Of a DNA stretch of 64,000 nucleotides, positions 1 through 9,400 are shown one piece after another. The stretch is from Deltaproteobacteria bacterium (lineage in GTDB: Bacteria > Desulfobacterota > Dissulfuribacteria > Dissulfuribacterales > JALVPX01): contig JALVVK010000012.1 of assembly GCA_027023445.1 (NCBI GenBank), forward strand, positions 1,139-65,138. The letters are read 5' to 3'. The notes beneath the pieces are model-generated. The model had not been told where the DNA came from. It did not search any database and saw only the letters and a program-made list of their open reading frames with translations. Position 1 is the first letter of the stretch, and each line of letters starts with the position of its first letter. The translations under genes and the position numbers were made by a program.

Positions 1-1
1 T

Positions 2-730
2 CAGGAACAGGGCATCAGGGACGTAGCCGGGCATGCAAGGCAGCCGGTATCCGTTTCCCCCGGGCATGCGGAAGGAAAATCTGATTCGATTGTGCAGAGG
101 TCCGGCGCATCAACTTCTGAAAAGGTCACGGTGGAAAGACCTGTAAATGCCCCTGCCATGCCTGCAGGAATAAAAAAAGAGGCGGGAATCCGTGTGTCCC
201 ACCGGGCGGAACCAATTGCCCCCGGAGAATTTTCCCATGAGCCTGCATCCCGTTCACCTGGTGCGCTTGAAGGCCTGAAGGTGATTTCTTCTCACCTGGA
301 AGCGGTTCAGCAATACCATCCGCCTATCATACCCCGGGATGCGCCTTTTCTGTTGATTCCCCTATGGTTCGACCGGGGGGAAGGGGCCGGACACTGGATG
401 TGGTGGCAGGAGCAACATGAGGAAAGTGGTGAGGGGTTTCATCATTCAGAGCATCTTTTTTTCGATCTCGACCTCAAGTCTCTGGGTCCGGTCAAGATAC
501 ATATTCTTTCCGGCAGGCCTGGTCTCTCTATCAGCCTGTGGGCAAGGGAGTCCGTGCTGAGCCGTTTCCGTTCCCGGCTGGAGGGCCTTATGGCCTCACT
601 CAAAAGGCTTGGACTCAGGATGGATACGGTGGAGCTTTTTCCTCTTGAGGCGATGGGGCCGGATGTGGCGGATTTCAGTTCGTCTGATAGCGGATCTGAT
701 TCCAGGACCGGTTTTCACAAGGTGACATAA
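2..730 (+). CDS. FliK-like flagellar hook-length control protein, C-terminal part (5' end lies upstream of the window)
   Basis: Frame 2 is open from nt 2, with no stop before the GTG at 92 used by the ORF track, so the gene is cut by the window edge. 'LFFDLDLKSLGPVKIHILSGRPGLSISLWARESV..LEGLMASLKRLGLRMDTVEL' resembles the FliK C-terminal (Flg_hook) domain pattern. The stop overlaps the ATG of the FlhB-C-like gene (TAATG). The gene heads a flagellar operon. Confidence 0.5.
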   Translation, partial: QEQGIRDVAGHARQPVSVSPGHAEGKSDSIVQRSGASTSEKVTVERPVNAPAMPAGIKKEAGIRVSHRAEPIAPGEFSHEPASRSPGALEGLKVISSHLEAVQQYHPPIIPRDAPFLLIPLWFDRGEGAGHWMWWQEQHEESGEGFHHSEHLFFDLDLKSLGPVKIHILSGRPGLSISLWARESVLSRFRSRLEGLMASLKRLGLRMDTVELFPLEAMGPDVADFSSSDSGSDSRTGFHKVT

Positions 731-1005
731 TGGGAAAAAGCAAGGGGAAAAAGGCCGTAGCCCTCCGGTATAATGAAAAAAAGGATAAGGCGCCAAGAAT
801 AACGGCAAAGGGAGAGGGGCATCTTGCTGAAAAGATACTGGAACTGGCAAAAGAGGCCGGAATACCGGTAAAAGAAGACCACGATTTAGTGGAGATTCTG
901 GCAAGACTGGATCTGAACGCGGAGATTCCTCCTGAAACCTACGTTGTCGTTGCTGAGATCCTGGCCTGGGTTTATCAGGTCAACATGGAGGCCGGCAGGG
1001 ATTAA
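730..1005 (+). CDS. Free-standing FlhB C-terminal-domain paralogue (EscU/YscU/HrcU-type export-switch domain, YlqH-like)
   Basis: 91 aa. 'AVALRYNEKKDKAPRITAKGEGHLAEKILELAKEAGIPVKEDHDLVEILARL..IPPETYVVVAEILAWVY' matches the FlhB segment that follows the NPTH autocleavage site. There are no TM helices. Confidence 0.8.
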   Translation: MGKSKGKKAVALRYNEKKDKAPRITAKGEGHLAEKILELAKEAGIPVKEDHDLVEILARLDLNAEIPPETYVVVAEILAWVYQVNMEAGRD

Positions 1006-1116
1006 CCTGTCCGGTAGGCAAAAACTGCTTGTCCCTTTAAGTGCCTGTCCCCGTTTTTTGTTTTATCTGCCTGAATTAACAGGAATAGTCCCTTCTTGAA
1101 AAATTTCTCTCCTTTA

Positions 1117-1133
1117 AGGCATGCGCATTGCTC
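1117..1133 (+). promoter_or_regulatory. Candidate sigma-54 (-24/-12) promoter upstream of flgF
   Basis: aGGCATGcgcaTTGCTc. GG (1118-1119) and GC (1130-1131) are separated by 10 nt, as in the consensus TGGCACG-N4-TTGCW. It lies about 100 nt upstream of the flgF ATG at 1234. Confidence 0.6.
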
Positions 1134-1233
1134 AGGTACGGGTAACAGAGATAGAAATTTTCCTGACGCAACGGGTGAAATTACAGGCTGTGCTCAGGAC
1201 CGAATCAAAGATAGCGCGGAGAGAGAACCAGGC

Positions 1234-2010
1234 ATGGTATTGAGCGGAAGTCAGATGCAGATCGGTACAGTGGGTATACACCCCTTTACGCGTCTTGGCC
1301 AGATGGAAAGCCTGGAGGGCGCCAGAATGCTGGAGAGACGCCTGGATGTTCTTTCCAACGACATGGCCAATTCCAATACCACGGGTTTCAAAAGGCAGGA
1401 AATAACCTTTGAGGAATACCTGCTTCCACAGGTGGATAAAACCGAAAGGACCGCAAAGGGAGAGGTCATAAAGACAGACTTCAGCCAGGGAACCCTGCAT
1501 AAAACGGGAAATCCCTTTGATTTTGCCATTAACGGGAAAGGTTTTTTTGTGGTGGATACCCCTGCGGGCAGACGTTACACCAGGGCGGGTAACTTTACCC
1601 TGAACACAAAGAACCAGCTTGTGACCCAGGAGGGGTATCCGGTCCTTGGAAATGGCGCGCCGATCACGCTCGAGGATACAACCGGCAAGGGCGTGTGGAT
1701 GAGCAGCGACGGTAATTTCTATGTGGATGAAACCAATGTAGGAAAAATTGACATAGTCAGTTTTGAAAACCCGCAGGCTCTAAAGCGGATTGGCAGAAAC
1801 CTTTATCAGGCCACACCTGCGGCGGGTATGGAGAAACCGGAAAAGTCCCTGGTAAGCCAGGGTTATCTTGAGGATTCCAATGTGAATCCCCTGGAGACAA
1901 TGGTGGCCCTGATAGACCTTTACAGGGCGTATGAGGCCGAACAAAAGGCCCTTCAGTCCGCCGATCAGATGGATAACAGGGCTGTTAACAATCTGGGTAA
2001 GTCAAGGTAA
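1234..2010 (+). CDS. flgF: Flagellar basal-body rod protein FlgF
   Basis: N-terminal rod motif 'LSNDMANSNTTGFKRQ' and C-terminal 'GYLEDSNVNPLETMVALIDLYRAYEAEQKAL'. Start moved from TTG 1096 to ATG 1234, which has GGAGAGAG upstream, because aa 1-46 of the listed ORF have no rod-protein counterpart. Confidence 0.9.
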   Translation: MVLSGSQMQIGTVGIHPFTRLGQMESLEGARMLERRLDVLSNDMANSNTTGFKRQEITFEEYLLPQVDKTERTAKGEVIKTDFSQGTLHKTGNPFDFAINGKGFFVVDTPAGRRYTRAGNFTLNTKNQLVTQEGYPVLGNGAPITLEDTTGKGVWMSSDGNFYVDETNVGKIDIVSFENPQALKRIGRNLYQATPAAGMEKPEKSLVSQGYLEDSNVNPLETMVALIDLYRAYEAEQKALQSADQMDNRAVNNLGKSR

Positions 2011-2028
2011 GCGAGGCAGGAGGAAAAA

Positions 2029-2811
2029 ATGCTTAGAGGACTATGGGCTGCCGCGTCAGGCATGAACAGCATGCAGCTTAACTTGGATGTAATTTCAAAT
2101 AACCTGGCCAACGTGAACACGGTAGGCTACAAGCGGAGCCGGGCTGATTTTGAGGATCTGCTTTATCAGACCGTACGGATGGCAGGCACGGAGAACGCTG
2201 ACGGGACCCAGGTGCCGACGGGTATGCAGATTGGAATGGGATCAAGGCCCACGGCGGTCCAGAAGATTTTTACCCAGGGAGATTATGAAAGCACGGGTAA
2301 CGACCTGGACTGGGCCATAGAGGGCAGAGGATTTTTCAAGGTAATAAGCAATGGAGAGGAGTTTTATACGCGTTCAGGCGCCTTTAAGCTGGATAAGGAT
2401 GGCTATATTGTAACCTCCAACGGGGACAGGCTTCAGCCTGAATTCTCTGTGCCCCAGGGCACCAGCAAGATTACCATCGATTCATATGGCCTTCTGGTGG
2501 CCTCCGATCCGGCGGGCAATCCGCTGGCATCTGTCCAGCTCACAATTTACGATTTTGTGAATCCTGCCGGCCTTTACAGCGTTGGCAGAAACTATTACCG
2601 GCCCACCCAGGCGTCAGGCGATCCCATAGAAGGAAATCCTGGAACGGATAACATAGGCACCATAAGCCAGGGTTTCCTGGAACAGTCCAATGTGGACGTG
2701 GTCAAGGAAATGGTAGACATGATCGTGACCCAAAGGGCCTATGAGCTTAATTCCAAGACGGTTCAGACAGCGGACGCAATGCTTGGATTGGCCAATAATC
2801 TCAAGAGATAG
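2029..2811 (+). CDS. flgG: Flagellar basal-body distal rod protein FlgG
   Basis: 'ISNNLANVNTVGYKRSR' at the N-terminus and 'GFLEQSNVDVVKEMVDMIVTQRAYELNSK' at the C-terminus. 260 aa, the canonical FlgG size. GGAGGA lies upstream. Confidence 0.95.
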   Translation: MLRGLWAAASGMNSMQLNLDVISNNLANVNTVGYKRSRADFEDLLYQTVRMAGTENADGTQVPTGMQIGMGSRPTAVQKIFTQGDYESTGNDLDWAIEGRGFFKVISNGEEFYTRSGAFKLDKDGYIVTSNGDRLQPEFSVPQGTSKITIDSYGLLVASDPAGNPLASVQLTIYDFVNPAGLYSVGRNYYRPTQASGDPIEGNPGTDNIGTISQGFLEQSNVDVVKEMVDMIVTQRAYELNSKTVQTADAMLGLANNLKR

Positions 2812-2823
2812 GGAGAAGTACGG

Positions 2824-3555
2824 ATGAATTATAAAAAAATCCTGACGCTTTTGTTCCCGTTCTTCCTGATGGTTTTCTGGAGTACCCTGGCAATTGGTTC
2901 AGAGAGGAATGTCAGGCAGATAACGCTGAAGGATCTAAGGCCAGTTTTCATGAAGACACTTTTCCGTCTGTCTCCGTGGCCTTCAAAGGAACTTGAGGTG
3001 TCCACCCTGCAGGCCTATCCGTCCAGGGTATGGGTGCCAGAGGGCAAGGTGAGTTTTCATGTGGAACCTCCTTCAAACAGTTCATTTCTGGGACGGGTAT
3101 CCTTTCTCGTTGAGATAAAGGTAAACGGCCGGATCACCAGAAGTGTAAGGGTGTGTGGCAGGGTGGAGATTTACAAACAGGTTCTCAGCTTTGCCCTCCC
3201 CCTTAAAAGGGGTCACGTTATCAGGAAAGATGACCTTGTAAGTACCAGAAGAGCGCTGTCCCGGCTGGGCGGCCAGGTGATGAGTGATGCCGGAAAGGTG
3301 GTGGGCAAGGCCCTGAAAAGATCGGTGCGGGCAGGCCAGGCGGTCACTCCTGGGATGCTTGAGCCTCCTATTATCGTCAAAAAAGGTGACAGGGTCACTA
3401 TAATTGCGCAGGATTCCAGCCTGCTTGTTACGGTTCCGGGAGAAGTGAAGCAGGATGGAGCAAGGGGTGGTTTTGTAAGGGTCAGGAATGTTATGAGCCA
3501 CAGGGAGGTTGTGGCCCGGGTCCTGGACAGCAAGACCGTCAAGGTAATATTTTAA
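2824..3555 (+). CDS. flgA: Flagellar P-ring assembly chaperone FlgA
   Basis: Signal peptide, then a C-terminal SAF/FlgA-type segment 'GQAVTPGMLEPPIIVKKGDRVTIIAQDSSLLVTVPGEVKQDGARGGFVRVRN'. It sits between flgG and flgH. Confidence 0.85.
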   Translation: MNYKKILTLLFPFFLMVFWSTLAIGSERNVRQITLKDLRPVFMKTLFRLSPWPSKELEVSTLQAYPSRVWVPEGKVSFHVEPPSNSSFLGRVSFLVEIKVNGRITRSVRVCGRVEIYKQVLSFALPLKRGHVIRKDDLVSTRRALSRLGGQVMSDAGKVVGKALKRSVRAGQAVTPGMLEPPIIVKKGDRVTIIAQDSSLLVTVPGEVKQDGARGGFVRVRNVMSHREVVARVLDSKTVKVIF

Positions 3556-3566
3556 GGAGATAGGCC

Positions 3567-4271
3567 ATGAAATCCGTCTGCTGGATTATGCTTGTCTTGG
3601 CAATCCTTTCAGCGGGCTGCGCTCAGAATATGCAGCCTCCACCTCCTACCATGGCAATGACAAAGTTTCCAACGCCACCCCCGGTTCATAGACAGGAGCA
3701 GCATGAGGGCTCGCTTTATACTTCGGAGAGGGGTGCGAGCCTTATATCGGACTTCAGGGCCAGATACGTGGGTGATGTTATTACCATTGTGATTGCTGAG
3801 AATCTCAAGGGATCAAAAGACGTGAACACCCAGACCCAGAGGCAGTCCGAAATGAACGTGGGGCTTACCGGCATTCTCGGGCTTGACTTTAAAAAACGCA
3901 TGGAACCCAAATACAATACCACAATTGACGCTACCAAGGCCATAGGGGGATCTACCACGGACAAGTTCCTGGGTACAGGCAAAACGTCCCGAAATGCCTC
4001 ATTGACCGGAACGATTTCCGCGAGGATTCTGGAGGTGCTTCCCGGGGGTAATCTCGTGGTCCGGGGTACCAGGTCCCTTCGAATCAACAATGAGACGCAG
4101 TATCTGACCCTGACAGGAGTGGTCCGTCCCCAGGATATCGCTCCGGATAACACGGTTTCTTCCACGAAAATCGCCGATGCCCAGATTGAATATACCGGAG
4201 GGGGAGTGTTGAGCGAAAAACAGCGTCCTGCCTGGTTCGCAAGGCTCCTGGGACTGATAACGTTGTTCTGA
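3567..4271 (+). CDS. flgH: Flagellar L-ring lipoprotein FlgH
   Basis: Lipobox 'LAILSAGC', plus 'GDVITIVIAENLKGSKD' and 'LTGTISARILEVLPGGNLVVRGTR..TLTGVVRPQDI', all typical of FlgH. Confidence 0.9.
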   Translation: MKSVCWIMLVLAILSAGCAQNMQPPPPTMAMTKFPTPPPVHRQEQHEGSLYTSERGASLISDFRARYVGDVITIVIAENLKGSKDVNTQTQRQSEMNVGLTGILGLDFKKRMEPKYNTTIDATKAIGGSTTDKFLGTGKTSRNASLTGTISARILEVLPGGNLVVRGTRSLRINNETQYLTLTGVVRPQDIAPDNTVSSTKIADAQIEYTGGGVLSEKQRPAWFARLLGLITLF

Positions 4272-4301
4272 GCAGGTTTTCAATCATCCGGGATCATAAA
4301 C

Positions 4302-4317
4302 TGGCCTGGAGCTTGCT
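4302..4317 (+). promoter_or_regulatory. Candidate sigma-54 promoter upstream of flgI
   Basis: TGGCCTggagcTTGCT. GG (4303-4304) and GC (4315-4316) are 10 nt apart, and both TGGC and TTGC cores are intact. It lies about 110 nt upstream of the flgI ATG at 4426, in the 154-nt flgH-flgI gap. Confidence 0.6.
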
Positions 4318-4425
4318 TTGTAAAAACAGCGCGAGGGGACGCCGTGTTATGGACGATTTTCATGATTCGGTTTTCCCCGGGACCCCAAAAAACAGGCAGA
4401 GAGCCGGTTTGAAGGAGCACAGGTC

Positions 4426-5604
4426 ATGTCGGAATATCGATTTTTCATCTTTTCCACATTGGACAGCACATGCTTCAGTCCTGTCAAGCAGGGAAAAAAA
4501 TGCCTTATGCTATTGGGCATGGCGGTATTATTTGCCCTGTTTCCCCTTTTTGTCATCCGTCCGTCCCATGCGGCAAGGCTCAAGGATCTGGCAGACATTC
4601 AGGGTGTAAGGTCCAATCAGCTCGTCGGCTATGGCCTTGTGGTAGGGCTTAACGGTTCGGGCGATGGTACTCAGGCGCAATTCACCACCCAGTCCATCGT
4701 AAACATGATGGAGCGAATGGGTATTAATGTGGATCCCAAGAAGGTCAAGGTGAAAAATGTTGCCGGTGTTATGGTGACGGCCATGATGCCCCCCTTTGCC
4801 AAGGTGGGGCAGAAGCTGGACGTGGTGGTCTCATCCATGGGGGATGCCAAGAGCCTGCAGGGAGGCACTCTGCTGCTTACCCCACTCAAGGGTGTGAACG
4901 GGAAGGTCTATGCCCTTGCCCAGGGACCGCTGAGCATAGGAGGTTTTGCCGCAGGAGGCGCCGGGGCATCAATCCAGAAAAATCATCCTACTGCGGGCAG
5001 GATCCCGAACGGCGCCACCATCGAGAGGGAGATTCCTGTAAACCTGAATAACAAGGACGCAATCAGGATCAGCCTGTTTGAACCGGATTTTACTACTATA
5101 ACAAGGGCGGTGGAGGCGGTAAACGACACCCTTGGAGCCGACTTCGCAAAGGCGGTGGACGCGGAAACCATGACCGTCAGGATTCCGCCGGAATACCATG
5201 GAAATACCGTTGGGCTCCTGGCGGCCATTGAGGGGGTGGATATCCAGCCTGATAACCGGGCAAAGGTCGTTCTGGATGAGCGGACCGGAACCGTTGTCAT
5301 GGGAGAGAATGTCAAGATATCAGAGGTGGCGGTTGCCCACGGGAATCTCAGCATACAGATCAAGGAAAATCCCCAGGTATCCCAGCCCTCTCCTTTCAGC
5401 CAGGGCCAGACGGTGGTAACGCCAAAGACAAATGTCAAGGCCACAGAGGAAGGGGGAAGGTTGATTGTTTTGAAAAAAAGCGCCAGCATTGGCGATCTTG
5501 TAAGGGCACTCAACGCGGTGGGCGTTACCCCCAGGGATCTCATAGCCATTCTCCATTCAGTTAAGGCCGCTGGCGCCCTTCAGGCGGATCTTGAGGTAAT
5601 TTAA
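4426..5604 (+). CDS. flgI: Flagellar P-ring protein FlgI
   Basis: 'RLKDLADIQGVRSNQLVGYGLVVGLNGSGD' and C-terminal 'LVRALNAVGVTPRDLIAILHSVKAAGALQADLEVI'. GAAGGAG lies 8 nt upstream of ATG 4426. ATG 4507 ('MLLGMAVLF..') is an alternative start. Confidence 0.93.
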   Translation: MSEYRFFIFSTLDSTCFSPVKQGKKCLMLLGMAVLFALFPLFVIRPSHAARLKDLADIQGVRSNQLVGYGLVVGLNGSGDGTQAQFTTQSIVNMMERMGINVDPKKVKVKNVAGVMVTAMMPPFAKVGQKLDVVVSSMGDAKSLQGGTLLLTPLKGVNGKVYALAQGPLSIGGFAAGGAGASIQKNHPTAGRIPNGATIEREIPVNLNNKDAIRISLFEPDFTTITRAVEAVNDTLGADFAKAVDAETMTVRIPPEYHGNTVGLLAAIEGVDIQPDNRAKVVLDERTGTVVMGENVKISEVAVAHGNLSIQIKENPQVSQPSPFSQGQTVVTPKTNVKATEEGGRLIVLKKSASIGDLVRALNAVGVTPRDLIAILHSVKAAGALQADLEVI

Positions 5605-5615
5605 AGGAGTTTTTC

Positions 5616-5936
5616 ATGAAACCATTGTCACCTGTACCCATTTCCATTTTTACGGACGTTTCGCCCAGGAATTTTCTTGCCGGCCACGACAGGAATCTTA
5701 AAGAGACCTGTAAGGATTTTGAGTCGATTTTCATAAAGCAGATGATAAAGGGTATGAGACGTACCGTGATAAAAAGCGGCCTTTTTGAGGAAAGCAACCA
5801 GAAGGACATCTATCAGGACATGTTTGACCAGCAGGTGGCAAGAGAAATAGCCAGGGGCAAGGGCATAGGACTTGGCGACAAGCTCTATAAAAGCCTTTCC
5901 AAAAAACAGAATACGGGTGGAGGAACAACAAAATGA
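5616..5936 (+). CDS. flgJ: FlgJ-like rod-binding protein (Rod_binding domain only, no glycoside hydrolase domain)
   Basis: 106 aa. 'CKDFESIFIKQMIKGMR' and 'DMFDQQVAREIARGKGIGLGD' match the FlgJ N-terminal rod-binding domain. AAAGGAG RBS upstream. Confidence 0.8.
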   Translation: MKPLSPVPISIFTDVSPRNFLAGHDRNLKETCKDFESIFIKQMIKGMRRTVIKSGLFEESNQKDIYQDMFDQQVAREIARGKGIGLGDKLYKSLSKKQNTGGGTTK

Positions 5937-6466
5937 GCGGCAGCAACAACGAATCATTGCAACTTCCCAGACTACCCGCAGCCTTCTGGACCCTGGGAGA
6001 ACAGATTTCTCAGTCCTGGCAGGGGCTTTTGCAGATCCTTGATCAGGAGTGGAAGGCGCTTGAGAATGTTGATCTTGCGGCATTGTGGCAGATTTCCGAG
6101 GCCAAAAACCGGCAGGCTGAGAAGATAGAGGCACTGGAAAAAAGGCTTAATGCCGCTGTGGACAGCATTCTTGCCCGATGCGGCTCTACCCCGGGTGCTG
6201 AAAGATGGGGCAGAATCCTGACCATGCTTCAGCATGATGACGTGGGCCGGCTTCAGTCCTGGATGGCCCGGGTCAGGGATATGAAATGTGAAGTCAGGGA
6301 GATCAACAGCAGGCATACAAGGTGGCTGGCTGGCCAGTTGAGGCTTATAGACCAGTTGACCGGTATTCTTACCGGAAAATCACAGGAGAAATCCCCTGTT
6401 TACAGCCCGAAGGGACGGCCATGCAAGCCTGGCTGTCTGGTTTATCAGGGGACAGAGGTGGCGTAA
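5933..6466 (+). CDS. Putative FlgN-like flagellar export chaperone
   Basis: 177 aa and helical. 'LLQILDQEWKALENVDLAALWQISEAKNRQAEKIEALE' fits a FlgN-family pattern. ATGA overlap with flgJ, and TAATG overlap with flgK. Located immediately upstream of flgK-flgL. Confidence 0.45.
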   Translation: MSGSNNESLQLPRLPAAFWTLGEQISQSWQGLLQILDQEWKALENVDLAALWQISEAKNRQAEKIEALEKRLNAAVDSILARCGSTPGAERWGRILTMLQHDDVGRLQSWMARVRDMKCEVREINSRHTRWLAGQLRLIDQLTGILTGKSQEKSPVYSPKGRPCKPGCLVYQGTEVA

Positions 6467-9400
6467 TGTCCGGACTTACCAGCCTTCTGAATGTCGCAAA
6501 GGTGGGTCTTATGGCCCATCAGTTGAATCTGCAGACAACGGGTCACAACGTGGCTAATGTGAATACAGAGGGCTATTCCAGGCAGAATGTCACACTTTCA
6601 GCGGCCACTCCCACCCCCTCAGCCATTGGTCCCATTGGAAACGGCGTAAAGGCAACCGAGATAACAAGGGATTACGACAAGTTTATCACCACCACGCTCA
6701 TGGGAAAGACCTCGACCACTGCGGGCCTTGATACCAGACAGTCCAGCATGAAGCTTATAGAGCAGACCCTTAACGAGGTGGATGAGAACGGGTTGAACTC
6801 GCTTCTGTCCGATTTCTGGAACTCATGGGATGACCTTGCAAATAACGCGGAAGGCATGTCCGAACGCACAACCCTTCTCCAGAAAAGCAAACTTCTCGTC
6901 CAGGGGTTGAGGGACAGATACAACAGCCTGCTGAAGCTTTCCCAGGATATTGATCTTAATATTCAGTCCTCCATAGACGATATAAACCAGCTTGCCGACC
7001 AGATCGCCGAGTTGAATGTGCAGATCGTATCCTCAGAATCGTCTTCCTATACTGCCAATGATCTGAGGGATAAAAGGGACGAATTGCTCAAGAAGCTGTG
7101 TAAGCTCACGGATGTCCATTATTTCGAAACCAACAGGGGAACATACACGGTGCTGATAGGTCAGGGAAATCCCCTTGTGGACGCGGATCAGTCATGGCAC
7201 CTGGAAATGCGGGGAGATACCATAAACTGGCTTGGCAGCAACGGCCAGGCCGTTGAGCTCACGACCGATGATGTGGGCAATGGCCAGCTGGGCGGTTATA
7301 TGGATATCAAGGACCGTATATCTCCAAAGGATCCCTCCACTCTTACCTCGTCCCAGGTGAATACCAGCAGCGGGCGCGCCATTAAAGGTTCAACCAGGTG
7401 GGACGCCATTGACGGGGTGAGCGTTACAGGAGATTTTACCATCCGGTTTTCAGGGACAGACCAGGACGGATTGCCGGTAAGCAGCACGTTTCAGTACACC
7501 TATCCGGGAAACCCGCCTCCGCCAAACGAGTCAAACGCAACGGTTCAGGATTTTCTGGATGCCATAGAATCCGCTTATCAGGATACATCAGTGGTGCCTC
7601 CTGTGGACAGGGTCAGCGCAAGCATAACCGATGACGGCAGGATCCAGATAAAGGACCTGGTTTCAGGCGAACAGAACATAACCTTTCAGATAGACAAGAT
7701 TGAAGGCGGTATTCATGGACTTAACCTTGGTAAGTTTGATGGTTCGTATCCGCTCAATTACCTGGGAAAACTGAATCTTATAGGACAGGAGCTGATAAAG
7801 ACCGTCAATGCTCAGCACGCACAGGGCGTGGGGCTTGAGCCAATGCAGGAAACCACCGGAACCAATTACGTGCCCAATCTTTCAGAGCCCATAGGACGCC
7901 GTTCCTCCGGACTTAAATTCGCGTCCGACATACAAAATGGACAGTTTGAACTGTGGTTGTACGACGCCAACGGAAACATCATTGACGCCGATCCTTCCAC
8001 CTCCAGCGTGAATGACCCTCTCGTGGTGCCTATTCAGGCCGAACATACCACCCTTTATGATATTCGGGATGCCATAAATAATGCCACAATGCCTCTTACG
8101 GGAAGCTCTGCCGGATTGAAGGCAAGAATCCTGGACGGCAGGTTGGTCATACAGGCATCAGGGGATACAAGCACTGCCGGATTTGCCTTTGGCAGGGATA
8201 CCTCAGGCGCCCTGATGGCCCTCGGGCTTAATTCTTTTTTTACTGGCTACGACGCCTCTACAATAGGGATCAATCCCAAACTCCAGGAGAACCAGAGGCT
8301 GGTGGCGGCGGCGCAGGTGGAACCAAGGGGGGCCTCAGAGGCCATGAGCACCAGCGTGCTTCAGGACGAAACCAGGCCACTTGGAATTAAGCTTGAATCA
8401 GGGAATATATCCATCTGGGCATATGATCAGAACGGTAACCTGGTGGATGGTGACAGCGACCAGGACGGCATAAATCCTTACGTGATAAAAGTGGACCCCA
8501 CGACCATGTCTCTTCAGGATGTGGTTGATTCCCTGAATAAGATAGACGGGATTGAGGCGGAAATCAGCAATCAGAAGGTCAATATCCGTGTTACCAATGA
8601 TAAGTGGAAGGGAATAAGTTTTGGGCCTGATACCACGGGAGTGCTTAAGTATATGGGTATTGACGCGGTTTATCCTGCCAGCGTCACTCCAGGTGCCACC
8701 TATGAGATGGTCGCCAGAAACGCGGTTACGGATCCTTCAAAGGCTCTTAATACATCAGGATCTGGTCTTTCGGGATACGGTTCGGTGACAAGCGGAAGTT
8801 TTGACCTGTATGTGTATGACAGCACCGGAAATCCCGTGAACCTGGGGGCGTCTTCCTTTCCTCCAAGCGCCACCATAACCGTGGACAGCACGCCTACCCT
8901 TGGTGAAATTGTAAGTGCGATCAACGGGCTTCCAGGGGGTGTTGTCAGCGCCTCTATAGGGAGTGACGGCCGTCTGGTGATAGCCTCGAGCGCGGGAAAC
9001 AGGGTAATGCTTGGCAATGATTCAAGCGGTATTGTGGATGCGTTGGGGCTGCCCAGTATCTCCAGTGACATCTCCGGACTTTATTCGGTTGACCGTGTCA
9101 CCGAATCCCTTAACCATTTTGATTCAGGCATAACGGACGGACACTTTTATCTATACAATTTTGATGACCAGGGGAACTATCTTTCCGAGGTCGCCAGGTT
9201 CTCCAGCGCCAATCAGGATACGTCAACCGGGGCGGCCATAACCGAGTCCAGTCTCTGGAACAATATCAGCGGTGTTACCAACGAGGACGGCACAGGGGCC
9301 CCTGGAGAATTTACTATTTATTATTCCGGCACAAGGCAGGATGGCACTACCTTCTCCGGCGAATATACGGGAAACAGCACTACTTCGCCGGCAAATACGG

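Noticed and set aside
4313-4609. 98-aa ORF in the flgH-flgI gap, overlapping the flgI start
   Set aside because: It overlaps the candidate sigma-54 promoter and the 5' end of flgI. It has no RBS, and the sequence is Arg/Cys-rich and implausible.
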